Of a DNA stretch of 62,241 nt, positions 31,601 through 40,339 are shown piece after piece. The translations under genes and the position numbers were made by a program. The first letter of the stretch is position 1; the number at the start of each line of letters is the position of its first letter. The stretch comes from Pedosphaera sp. GTDB lineage: Bacteria > Verrucomicrobiota > Verrucomicrobiia > Limisphaerales > SIBH01. Location of the stretch: NCBI GenBank assembly GCA_031414955.1, contig JANOQV010000292.1:1-62241 (forward strand). Direction: 5' to 3'. The notes beneath the pieces were generated by a model, which had not been told where the DNA came from, searched no databases, and worked only from the letters and a program-made list of their open reading frames with translations.

Positions 31601-34600
31601 GAGTGGCCGTCGGGCCGCCTCATCCAGTTCCCGGCGTGGACCAATGGCCTGCCCCAACGAATCGTCGGCGACTACGGCCTGCAAATGACCAACCTCTGGG
31701 ACTCGTTCAATCGGCTGACCAGCCAGCAGTATTCGGATGGTTCCTTCATCTCAAACCGCTATGACCGGCTCGACCTTTTCGCGAGCCGGGACCGGCTGGG
31801 GGCTTGGACCTGGTTTGCGCACGACGCGATGCAGCGGTTGACGGCGGTGACGAACGCGAACACGAACGTGACGCAATACGGGTACTGCGGCTGTGGCGCG
31901 CTGGAGTCGATCACGGATGCGCTCACCAACCTCACTACGCTGAAATATGACGGGCAGTTGCGGCTGACCAACGTGGTGTTCGCGGACAGCAATGCGGTGT
32001 TCTACAGCTATGACAGCGTGGGCCGGCGCACGGCACAAAGCGACGGCAGCCGGACCTGGACCTTCACCCACAACAAGCAGGGCTTGCTTGAGGCGGTCAG
32101 CAACGCGTTCGGCCAGGTGCAGCGCGTCCTCTACGATCTACGGGACAATCCCGCGCAAATCACCGGCGCGGCGGGCGTGACGGTCACGAACACGTTCGAC
32201 GCGGTGAACCGCTTGCTGGTTCGCTTCTGGCCGGACAATGGCAAGGAGATATTCGGCTACAACACCAATGGGCTGATTCGTTACACCAACCAGCTCGGGT
32301 TCGGCACGCGCTACGCCTACAGCAATGGTTTCATCAGCGCCGTGACCAACGCCCTTGGCGACGTCACGCGCTTCACCTACACCACGGCGGGCGACCTGTT
32401 CCAGCTTATTGACGGCAGGAACCAGACGAACCAGTGGGGGCGCGATGTGTTTGGCCGCGTGACGAACAAGGTGAATGCAAGCGGGCAGACCGTGTTCGGA
32501 TTCGGTTACGACGCGAACAACCGGCTGACCAGCCGCTGGACGCCGACCAAGGGCACCACCTGGTTCACCAATGACGCCGTGGGCAACCTGCGCGCGGTCC
32601 ATTACCCGAGCAGCACCAACCTCGCGTTCGATTACGATCCGCTGAATCGCGTCAAGTCCATGACGGACGCGGCGGGCACGAGCGCGTTCACTTACAACAA
32701 GGCTGGGCGGCTGGCGAGCGAGGACGGCCCGTGGAGCAATGACACGCCGTCATTCGTTTACGCCCAAGGTCTGCGCACTAGCGCCACGCTCGGCACGACC
32801 TGGACGAACAGCTACGGCTACGATGCCGCCCGGCGGCTAGACACCGTGACGAGTGGCGCAGGAAATTTTCCTTACCAGTTTGTCGGCGCGTCCGGTCTGA
32901 CTCGTCGCGTGGGCCTGCTCGACAACGTCTTCGTCACCAATTCGTACGACCGAGTGGCCCAGCTTACCAACACCACGCTCTTCTTCCAATCTTGGCAGCC
33001 CTTCTGGACGCACGGCTACGGTTACGACCTTGCCGGGCGGCGGACTTCCAGCACCAGCGTTGAGGGTCTCAGGGCAGATTATACCTACGACGGCCTCGGC
33101 CAGTTGAAGAGCGCCAAGGGAATCATCTATCCCATGACAAACTTCGGCTATGCCTACGATGCGGCGGGCAATCTGACTTTCCGCACGAACGAGACCACGG
33201 TGCGCGCGTTCCGTGCCGACGCTCTGAACCAACTGACCAATCTCAGCTACGCGGGGGATCTCGCCGTGAGCGGCGTCACCACCACCAACGCGACCAACGT
33301 TACGGTCAACGGGGTGGCCGCCACGCTCACCGGCAGCAACTATACGGCAACAGTGCCGCTGGGCGACGGCGCGGACACGCTGGTGGCCATAGGCGAGGAG
33401 AAGTTCGGCCGGCGCGCGACCAACGTGTTGTCCATCGCCACTCACCCGAAATACGACCTGAACGGCAATATGCTTTTCGACGGCAAACGCGGCTTCGCCT
33501 ACGACGACGAGAACCAGTTGACCGTCATCATCCAGACCAACGCCTGGAAAAGCGAGTTCACGTACGACGGCTTGGGGCGGAGGCGCATCCGCAAGGAGTT
33601 TACGTGGAGCAGCAGCGCGTGGTCGCTCACCAATGAGACGCGCTATGTGTTCGATGGGCTGCTCATCCTGCAAGAGCGCGATGGTGCCAACGCGGTCAAG
33701 GTCACTTACACCCGTGGTCTCGACCTGAGCGGGACGCTGGATGGGGCGGGCGGCATTGGCGGATTGCTGGCCCGCACGGACTCCAGTGCGAGCGCCTACT
33801 ACTTTTCCGACGGCAACGGGAACGTGAGCTTCATGAGGAACCCTGCGGGCACGGGGCCTAGCGCGATGTATCTTTACGAGCCCTTCGGCGCTGTCAGCCA
33901 TAGCTTTGGTTTGAATCACGAAGTCAACGAGATGCAGTTCTCCTCCATGCTCCATCACAGTCAGTCCGGCCTGAGCCTCTACCATGCGCGGGCTTACTCG
34001 CCAAGCCTGCAACGGTGGCTGAACGCCGACCCGATTGGCGAGGCGGGTGGAATCAATCTGCATCAGTTCGTGGAGAACGATCCGGTTGATGTAAATGACC
34101 CACTTGGGTTGCTGGGCAACCTCAACAGGCCGCCTGAGACCGTGACCATGAGCTACGAGTACAGTCCAATCTTCAGAACCGTCTTCCCCGGCGGAACGAT
34201 GACTGGCGAATGGAATCCAGGGTCCCGCCTCAACCCAGACCCGGTGGGGGTGATGGTGCTCGACTTGACGGTGAGCCTGTTGACCCCCTGGCCGGGCGAT
34301 GAAGAACTGGCCATCGCGCGGTTTCTTAATCACTGCAAACAACTTAAGGCCGCAAAGACAACAGCGAATATCGCTGACGATGCATTTAGCCATGGTTTCA
34401 AGTATGACTACCGAATTCGTGCTCGTGCAGTGCAAGACCCAAAGAGCCACAACTTCCCCTACAGTTTTGATGATGGGGTTTTGGCTACGAAGCCAATCCC
34501 AAAGAACAACGGCTACAACATGTTCCAAAAGCCAGGTTCAATGAATGGGAAAGAAGGTGTATTTGAGATGGGGGTAACGAGGGACGGCGTAATTGACCAT

Positions 34601-34624
34601 CGTTTCTTCAGGCCAAACAAATGA
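28643..34624 (+). CDS. RHS/YD-repeat polymorphic toxin with N-terminal C39-like peptidase domain
   Basis: Signal peptide; YRCGTLAL...IHWRQNHYAAV...VMDP; YD repeats; core HARAYSPSLQRWLNADPIG; DPVDVNDPLGL cleavage motif; variable C-terminus. Confidence 0.92.
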   Translation: MKIISTAGFFAMRHWAAAMGMLLCLGAVHAQAHETPRLLAEKITQATVLRPPLEFVSAAVPPETESRLLWTMLSEPSDDPAYEQLQRFVVDWPQSGWTPSVRAHLGQVHRSQGRYTLALQEWENAWLATRSLTNTTGRSVAEYALAHWSQLLASLGRTEKLASLFEATAGRKWSDANYAAMFAQSHEGYETMLSYPGVSYRCGTLALSRVARALGNTNAGSFQMVDIASPSNGFCMTSLAELSEANHLGLVAVERPAGANIILPSVIHWRQNHYAAVLAKQGPLYWVMDPTFGRGQWIFEDYLNEEASGKFLVPATNVPAGWKLLAKAETDNVFGKGQPSTIHFWEDPGCNMAPGGAGAPPTATINSGGNQAVCIPCESASGMPVWWVSEPYLNLFIADAPLSYRLSDGNTWSFRWTYKQRDIYPLDSTYYPSAPPMTRGVGMTNASWTHNFLSYIRFRDTYWDALTTNKCSTSVTYTYYESMVYLSGGGVLYFSKTPAGTTLTNVASGVRLEPIAGSAPTLGGSTCAVGSDTNGFRLVYPDGSQDIYNRATRVDTNCTNPSLARSEGRAYLMMRVDAQGRTNSLCYETTTNSPVVTRVKQVVDFDGRTNSLFYTNDTYRELPTRITDPYGRSAYFNCDASGRLNTLVDTASLTNTISYQSGQDGFVNGILTPYGTTSFEHFDAAPSQSNTNQGNSGGHDRINKYISVVDRDGSREVFMYRYDSSFRPGSYATNEVPVVGLLGPDTFDNGAATSTGAVVSLKFRNSFYWGKKQMTLVSTPNATNFTTSDYLFARTKHWLDQDPIAGDVGTLISDRLSLEVAPSADGTNEGFKTWYDYTRSGTARYRVGANALIGTIATVLPDGTTAATSYDYRVGGNFTPYVRAHVQPATVLGSPAIRTSFYTYAANGIDLLSHTFPDGAVEKFGWNSRHQWIAYTNAVNDWVTFTYADARLAGSVRANGTSVSLYYYTDLLPTTNPFYRMLSYIQEWPSGRLIQFPAWTNGLPQRIVGDYGLQMTNLWDSFNRLTSQQYSDGSFISNRYDRLDLFASRDRLGAWTWFAHDAMQRLTAVTNANTNVTQYGYCGCGALESITDALTNLTTLKYDGQLRLTNVVFADSNAVFYSYDSVGRRTAQSDGSRTWTFTHNKQGLLEAVSNAFGQVQRVLYDLRDNPAQITGAAGVTVTNTFDAVNRLLVRFWPDNGKEIFGYNTNGLIRYTNQLGFGTRYAYSNGFISAVTNALGDVTRFTYTTAGDLFQLIDGRNQTNQWGRDVFGRVTNKVNASGQTVFGFGYDANNRLTSRWTPTKGTTWFTNDAVGNLRAVHYPSSTNLAFDYDPLNRVKSMTDAAGTSAFTYNKAGRLASEDGPWSNDTPSFVYAQGLRTSATLGTTWTNSYGYDAARRLDTVTSGAGNFPYQFVGASGLTRRVGLLDNVFVTNSYDRVAQLTNTTLFFQSWQPFWTHGYGYDLAGRRTSSTSVEGLRADYTYDGLGQLKSAKGIIYPMTNFGYAYDAAGNLTFRTNETTVRAFRADALNQLTNLSYAGDLAVSGVTTTNATNVTVNGVAATLTGSNYTATVPLGDGADTLVAIGEEKFGRRATNVLSIATHPKYDLNGNMLFDGKRGFAYDDENQLTVIIQTNAWKSEFTYDGLGRRRIRKEFTWSSSAWSLTNETRYVFDGLLILQERDGANAVKVTYTRGLDLSGTLDGAGGIGGLLARTDSSASAYYFSDGNGNVSFMRNPAGTGPSAMYLYEPFGAVSHSFGLNHEVNEMQFSSMLHHSQSGLSLYHARAYSPSLQRWLNADPIGEAGGINLHQFVENDPVDVNDPLGLLGNLNRPPETVTMSYEYSPIFRTVFPGGTMTGEWNPGSRLNPDPVGVMVLDLTVSLLTPWPGDEELAIARFLNHCKQLKAAKTTANIADDAFSHGFKYDYRIRARAVQDPKSHNFPYSFDDGVLATKPIPKNNGYNMFQKPGSMNGKEGVFEMGVTRDGVIDHRFFRPNK

Positions 34625-34920
34625 CTATGCACTATTTGACCGTTGATGGAATGCTTTCGGGCACTGGCATCAGGGACTCTGTTGCCGGGGGCTACATTGT
34701 GCTTCGTGATCTCGGAATCTCACCGAAGTTGATCGACCAGATCGAGCAGTGGCTGAATCGATACGAACAGGCCCATTATGCTCAGTTCAATAACAAGGGT
34801 GAAAATGAGAACCTGGACCGAGACGGAATCGCAATCTGCAAACTACTTCAGGACGAACTTCCAGAATCGAAGATTGAATACTTCTCAAGCGCCGAGATGC
34901 GCAAAATTGCTTTTACCTGA
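34621..34920 (+). CDS. Putative cognate immunity protein
   Basis: 99 aa acidic ORF overlapping the RHS stop; visibly lower GC, like the toxin tip. Confidence 0.8.
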   Translation: MTMHYLTVDGMLSGTGIRDSVAGGYIVLRDLGISPKLIDQIEQWLNRYEQAHYAQFNNKGENENLDRDGIAICKLLQDELPESKIEYFSSAEMRKIAFT

Positions 34921-35346
34921 TGTGGCTTTGCCTCGATTTGAACTTGTACACGCCAACCAAAGCACGCGTGTTGCCGTGAAATAAACGCTGGCGCAGCTTC
35001 TCGGCTGCGAACATCTGTAAAAGCTCGCCTACGTTTGACGAAACACCCAAACACCTTGCCCGCCTCGGAGTGCTGTCCCGGTCGACCAAGGAAAGGCTTG
35101 GGAGGTTCTTTCACTCTGTCCTTTGGCAGCGCCAGGGTGCGGATGTCTCAGGCGTCACATGCGAAGGAACCTGGAGCAGCTTGCCAGCTTTGCCATCGAT
35201 GGATTCCTTCGGACACCTCGCTCTCCGCCCCGGCGACCGGCATAAAGAAATCCCTTTGTTGCGTCGATGAGCTTGCTTAATCTGTGCGGGGAGTTTAGGC
35301 GACCACCGCTGCGAAGCAAAAGCTAATTACCAACAAGGCATAATTC

Positions 35347-37221
35347 ATGTGCGGCATCATCGGATACGTCGGCAAAAAGGCGGCCAGCCCCATCCTGCTG
35401 GAGGGGCTGCGGCGGCTCGAATACCGCGGCTATGACAGCGCGGGCGTGGCAGCCCTCGACGGAGCGGTGATCGAGGTGCGGAAGAAGATCGGTCGGATTG
35501 ACCAAGGCCTGGCCCATGTGGTCAAGGCCCAGCCCATCCGCGGCGGGACCGGCATCGGCCACACGCGTTGGGCCACGCACGGCGCTCCCTGCGACGAGAA
35601 TTCCCATCCCCACCTTGATGCCAGCGGCAAGATTGCCGTGGTTCACAACGGCGTCATCGAGAACTACGACACGCTCAAGCAACGCCTCATCGCCGCCGGC
35701 CACAAGTTTCATTCCGATACCGACACGGAGGTGCTGGCCCACGTCATCGGCGAGCATTATGAGCGGATCAAGTTGAACGGGGCCGCCCATGGCAACGGCG
35801 CTGCGCAAAACAAACTCGCGCTGGCCGTGACCAGCGCCCTGACCGAGGTCACCGGCGCGTACGGCATCGGCGTAATCTGTTCTGATTTCCCCGATGTCAT
35901 CGTGGGGGCGCGTCGTGGCTCGCCGCTCATCGTCGGCGTGGGTGAGGGAGAAAATTTTCTAGCCAGCGACGTGACCGCCGTGGCCGCGCACACGCGCAAG
36001 GTCGTTTACTTGCAGGACAACGACGTGGTGACCATCACGCCCGAAGCCTTCACGGTCGTGAATCCCGGCGAGCCGACGGCCAATGTTCGTATCAGCCAGA
36101 TCGAGTTCGACGCTTCGGCGGTGGAGCTAGGCGGCTTTGCCCACTACATGCTCAAGGAGATCTTCGAGCAGCCCCGCACCATCGCCAACGCGCTGCGTGG
36201 CCGCCTCGATCGCGACGCCAGCACGGCGAAGTTCGGCGGGCTGAACATGTCGCTGGCCGAGTTGCGCTCGGTCAATCGCATCGTCATCACGGCTTGCGGC
36301 ACGAGCTGGCACGCCGGCTTGGTGGCTGAATATCTTTTCGAGGAACTGGCGCACATTCCCACCGAGGTGGAATACGCCAGCGAGTTCCGCTACCGCAATC
36401 CGCCCCTCGACATGCACACGCTGGTGCTGGCCATCACCCAGTCCGGCGAGACAGCGGACACGCTGGCCAGCCTGCGCGAGACGCGGCGGCGCGGTCACAA
36501 GGTGCTGGCCATCTGCAACGTCGTGGGCAGCACCATTGCGCGCGAAGCCGACGGCGGCATCTACCTGCACGCCGGCCCGGAGATTGGCGTGGCTTCGACC
36601 AAGGCGTTCACATCGCAGGTCACCGTGCTCACGCTGCTCGCGCTCTTCATGGGCCGCATCCGTCAACTCTCCCCCAACCGCGGTCGCGAAATCATCGACG
36701 CGCTGGAAGCCCTGCCCAAGCAGATGGAATCCGTGCTCGCGCAAAGCGCCGCCATCGAAAAGCTGGCGCGCAAGTACTCGACCGTGGAAGACTTCTTTTT
36801 CCTCGGCCGGTTGTGCAATTTCCCGGTCGCCCTCGAAGGCGCGCTCAAGCTCAAGGAGATTTCCTACATCCACGCCGAGGGTTATCCCGCCGCCGAGATG
36901 AAGCACGGCCCCATCGCCATGATCGACGAGCGCACCCCCAGCGTGGTGCTCGTGCCGCACGACGCCATGTACGACAAGACCTTCAGCAACCTCGAAGTGG
37001 TGCGCGCGCGCAAAGGCCCGATCATCGCCGTCACCACCGACGACAACAAATCCATCGCCAAGCAGGTGGACGACGTGATTTACGTCCCCAAGACGCTGGA
37101 GTGTTTGTTCCCCCTGCTCGCCGTCGTGCCCTTGCAGTTGCTCGCCTACCACATCGCTGTGGCGCGCGGCTGCGACGTGGACAAGCCGCGCAACCTGGCC
37201 AAGAGCGTGACGGTGGAATAG
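35347..37221 (+). CDS. glmS: Glutamine-fructose-6-phosphate transaminase
   Basis: MCGIIGY, GHTRWATHG, SQSGETADT-like TQSGETADT, C-terminal DKPRNLAKSVTVE. Confidence 0.99.
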   Translation: MCGIIGYVGKKAASPILLEGLRRLEYRGYDSAGVAALDGAVIEVRKKIGRIDQGLAHVVKAQPIRGGTGIGHTRWATHGAPCDENSHPHLDASGKIAVVHNGVIENYDTLKQRLIAAGHKFHSDTDTEVLAHVIGEHYERIKLNGAAHGNGAAQNKLALAVTSALTEVTGAYGIGVICSDFPDVIVGARRGSPLIVGVGEGENFLASDVTAVAAHTRKVVYLQDNDVVTITPEAFTVVNPGEPTANVRISQIEFDASAVELGGFAHYMLKEIFEQPRTIANALRGRLDRDASTAKFGGLNMSLAELRSVNRIVITACGTSWHAGLVAEYLFEELAHIPTEVEYASEFRYRNPPLDMHTLVLAITQSGETADTLASLRETRRRGHKVLAICNVVGSTIAREADGGIYLHAGPEIGVASTKAFTSQVTVLTLLALFMGRIRQLSPNRGREIIDALEALPKQMESVLAQSAAIEKLARKYSTVEDFFFLGRLCNFPVALEGALKLKEISYIHAEGYPAAEMKHGPIAMIDERTPSVVLVPHDAMYDKTFSNLEVVRARKGPIIAVTTDDNKSIAKQVDDVIYVPKTLECLFPLLAVVPLQLLAYHIAVARGCDVDKPRNLAKSVTVE

Positions 37222-37267
37222 AGCCGCGCAGCCTTTTCAGCCGCGCTTCTTTCCAACCTTTCCTCGC

Positions 37268-37460
37268 ACCGCGCATCGTGCCGAAGAGGCCGATGGAAGC
37301 GGCGGCGACTCCTCCGATGAGCATCCAGACGGCTTGGTCCGCGGGCGATCCGGTGAAGAATCGGGAGACATCGGAGCTGAACGAATCCACGGCGTGCACC
37401 CCGAGCACGATCGACACGATGCCTTCGGCAAGCAGGGCGATGGGACTGTCCTTACCCGCG
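37268..37460 (-). pseudogene. Degenerate copy of the DUF3185-like gene
   Basis: IALLAEGIVSIVLG...SFSSDVSRFFTGSP aligns to 39250-39456; ATG and stop codon are both lost. Confidence 0.75.
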
Positions 37461-37640
37461 AATCCCGTCGATCGGTTTCTGGCGCGACAGTGACTCGTTG
37501 CTCCGGGAGATTCTGACTGTCCCGCCCTTCCGGCCGCTCATCAGTCCCGGCTCACACTTCCCCACACTGACCAAGGGTTTTCCTAGTGGGGCGAGGAACA
37601 CCCTAGTCGCGGCTTTCTTCCTCGGGACGTAACGGTGGTC

Positions 37641-38339
37641 ATGCAAAAATTCACCAAAGAACTGGTTGTTGCAGCCGACGCGAGCGAAACGAATTTTCGA
37701 GCCGCACTCACTCCACCCAGCAGCGGGTCGCACCTGCGGCGCGTGCTCGCGGCCGGCCGGCCGGAGCGGGACGGTGTTCCTTCGAGACGGGTTTCCAGGT
37801 TGATCGTGCTGACACGATTTCTGAGCCTGGCGCTACTCCTAGTGGCTCTCAGCCGACCGTTGAATGTGCTCGGAGTGGTGGGACCCGCCAGCGTCTCTCT
37901 GGCTTGGGATCGCAATCCGGAGGTCGATGTAGTCAACTACCGCATTTACTACGGCACGGTCAGCCGGCAATACACCAAGAGTGTTTACGCGGGCAATTTG
38001 ATCGCGGGCGTGGTGCCCGGTCTTTCCGGCGGCGTCCGCTACTTCTTCGCCGTGACCGCGCTCGACGCCACGGGACTCGAGAGCGATTACTCCGCCGAAG
38101 TCGTGGTGACGCCCGGTGGAGGTTTCAGCCTGAAGGTCCGCATCCCCGCCAACCGCCAGTCGGTGCTGACGGTGACCGGCCCGGCCAGCCAGGCGTACGA
38201 CCTTTTCGCCACCACCAACCTCACCACCTGGAGCACGCTGGGCAGCGCGACCGCGGGGACGAATGGCATCGCGATTTATACGGATACGGCTGCTCCGAAC
38301 TATCGCGTCCGGTATTATCGCGCGCGACAAAAGCCCTGA
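37641..38339 (+). CDS. Fibronectin type III domain protein, copy 1
   Basis: VSLAWDRNPE...YRIYYG...YFFAVTA...GLESDYS; C-terminal YYRAR; paralog at 55161. Confidence 0.85.
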   Translation: MQKFTKELVVAADASETNFRAALTPPSSGSHLRRVLAAGRPERDGVPSRRVSRLIVLTRFLSLALLLVALSRPLNVLGVVGPASVSLAWDRNPEVDVVNYRIYYGTVSRQYTKSVYAGNLIAGVVPGLSGGVRYFFAVTALDATGLESDYSAEVVVTPGGGFSLKVRIPANRQSVLTVTGPASQAYDLFATTNLTTWSTLGSATAGTNGIAIYTDTAAPNYRVRYYRARQKP

Positions 38340-38374
38340 AGGGCGCTGGAAGTTGAAGCCTGGGCGAGGCCAGC

Positions 38375-38920
38375 TCAGCTTTCCGGAGAAATCAAACCCA
38401 CGCGCAGCGCGTAACGCACCAGGCTGGGGATGTCATGCAGGTCGAGGCCCGCCATCAGCTTCATGCGATGGTACTCGACCGTCTTGGGGCTGACTTTGAG
38501 CAGTTCGGCGATGCCCTTGGTGTTCTGGCCTTCGGCAATCAGTCGTAAAATCTCGCGCTGTCGATCCGTCAACTGTTCCAGCGGGTTCTTCTGGTCGGCG
38601 ACGGCATTGCCGGGAAATGGTTTAAGCAGTTGCCTTGAGGTTTTCTGGCCCTGCTCGGCCACATTTTGAATCACTAGTTGCAGCGCCGACTCGGCTTGAT
38701 CGGCCCGCGTCTCCGCCTGTTCGGTCCGGATTTCGGCGTGTTCGGCCCGCGTCTTCGCCTGCTCGGTCCGGGTTTCAGCCTGCTCGGTGCGCGTCTCAGC
38801 CTGTTCCGTCCGGGTCTTGGCCTCTTCCGTGCGCGCTTCCGCCTGTTCGGCACGGGTCTCGGCCTGCTCCACTCGCGCCGTGGTGCCGGTCACGCCCGCC
38901 GTTTGCTCCTCTTTCTTCAT
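38375..38920 (-). CDS. LuxR/NarL-family HTH regulator with an N-terminal heptad-repeat coiled coil instead of a receiver domain
   Basis: LTDRQREILRLIAEG...KTVEYHRMKLM HTH; 9 copies of an xEQAETR-like heptad. Confidence 0.92.
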   Translation of the reverse strand: MKKEEQTAGVTGTTARVEQAETRAEQAEARTEEAKTRTEQAETRTEQAETRTEQAKTRAEHAEIRTEQAETRADQAESALQLVIQNVAEQGQKTSRQLLKPFPGNAVADQKNPLEQLTDRQREILRLIAEGQNTKGIAELLKVSPKTVEYHRMKLMAGLDLHDIPSLVRYALRVGLISPES

Positions 38921-39178
38921 CGCCACCACATTAACCCTGAGCCGGGAGGCTGTGCGACCCCCGACTGCACATTTATAAATCCATCCCTCGGGGGCGAAGC
39001 CCTCGCAGCCTTCGCCGCTTCGTGAGACATCATTCTGCATCCGGATTTCGAGTGGTCTGCTTTGTTCGCGGTGGAGGATGAAGCCGCTTGGAACTCGCCC
39101 CTCCAGCGGCGGCGCGCGCGGCCACGGCTCTTGTCGGGTGAAGGCGCTTGGCTTCAACACCGAACTCCGGGCGAATGC

Positions 39179-39218
<40 letters not shown>

Positions 39219-39249
39219 GGCGGCGCGGCCTATTCAACCGCACACAGCG

Positions 39250-39456
39250 CTAACTCTTGCTTGAACCGCGCATCGTGCCGAAGAGGCCGACGGCGGCGGC
39301 GGTGATTCCTCCAATGAGCATCCAGACGGCTTTGTCCGTCGGGGAGCCGGTGAAGAAGCGGGAAACATCGGAGCTAAACGATTCTGTGGCGTTGACGCCC
39401 AGGACGATGAGCACGATGCCCCCGGCGAGCAGGGCGATGGAAATGGCTTTATTCAT
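39250..39456 (-). CDS. DUF3185-like small membrane protein
   Basis: 68 aa, two TM segments, SFSSDVSRFFTGSPTDKAVWMLIGG. Confidence 0.85.
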   Translation of the reverse strand: MNKAISIALLAGGIVLIVLGVNATESFSSDVSRFFTGSPTDKAVWMLIGGITAAAVGLFGTMRGSSKS

Positions 39457-39487
39457 AATGAACTATCCGTGAGCGGCTGAACGCCGT

Positions 39488-39637
39488 TTACAATGGCTTC
39501 CGTCCCGAGATGACTCGTACCAGCACCACGATGATGGCGACGACGAGCAGAACATGAATGAGGCCGTTCATAGTGGCGCCGGTGACGACGCCAAGCAGCC
39601 AGAGGATGATGAGAATGACGCAAATAGTCCAAAGCAT
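39488..39637 (-). CDS. lmo0937-like small membrane protein (not in the ORF track)
   Basis: Manual translation: MLWTICVILIILWLLGVVTGATMNGLIHVLLVVAIIVVLVRVISGRKPL; AAGGA RBS upstream. Confidence 0.88.
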   Translation of the reverse strand: MLWTICVILIILWLLGVVTGATMNGLIHVLLVVAIIVVLVRVISGRKPL

Positions 39638-39712
39638 ACGATTTTCCTTTTCGTTTTGAGTTATGCCGCCGGGCTGTCCCGCCAGTGCGGGACAGCCGGA
39701 AGCGATGATGAA

Positions 39713-40081
39713 TCAGTTGGCTGATTCCTTAACCGTGATGTTGTTCTGAACCTCCTTGACGCCCTCGACCCTTTTGGCGAGGTCGCCGGCGCGGTTCTTC
39801 TGGTCGCGCGAATTGACGAAGCCGCTCAACTGCACCACGCCCTTGAACGTCTGCACTTTCACGTCCGCGTACTTGTATTGAGTGTCCGCAGACAGCGCGC
39901 TCTTGACGCGCGAGGACTCGCCCTTGTCGTCGATCATTTCACCCGTACTCTGGGTGTAGCGGTCGCCCGCGCAGCCCGTGATGCCGCCGGCGACCATCGC
40001 CAGCGTGCCGACGCAGACGATCAGGGCGGTCAGCTTTTGAAACCGGCCCGTCATTACGGATGTGTTTTTCATAATTTTCAT
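39713..40081 (-). CDS. Single-BON-domain lipoprotein
   Basis: ITGC lipobox; STGEMIDD...VKVQTFKGVVQLSGFV...VEGVKEVQNNI. Confidence 0.9.
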   Translation of the reverse strand: MKIMKNTSVMTGRFQKLTALIVCVGTLAMVAGGITGCAGDRYTQSTGEMIDDKGESSRVKSALSADTQYKYADVKVQTFKGVVQLSGFVNSRDQKNRAGDLAKRVEGVKEVQNNITVKESAN

Positions 40082-40339
40082 TTTCGTTTGGAACTTTTTG
40101 TTTGCCGAATTTACCCGTTGTTTCTCGAAATCATCTCACCGCCTGGCGCGCTCGATTTTTGCGGCACGCCAGACGGATGGATGTTTTCAGGTGCTCATGA
40201 TCTTCTGACCGGCCGGCCGGTTCTTGACCATTCCTTTGCCACCAGAATTCTTGGAGGCCCGTGTTTTTGCAGCGGTCATTCGACTGCCTCTGCTTTTCTT
40301 TGCCATATGTTTTCCTTGGTTTGTTGAGTTCCTCCCTCC

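Larger units (their letters stand above)
25181..35263. mobile_element. Putative ~10 kb island bounded by a 25-bp perfect direct repeat
   Basis: GGCATAAAGAAATCCCTTTGTTGCG at 25181-25205 and 35239-35263; accessory cargo between; no integrase seen. Confidence 0.65.

Noticed and set aside
35120..35346. glmS ribozyme
   Set aside because: AGCGCCAG at about 35128 lacks a recognisable P1 stem and the GACGAGG core.
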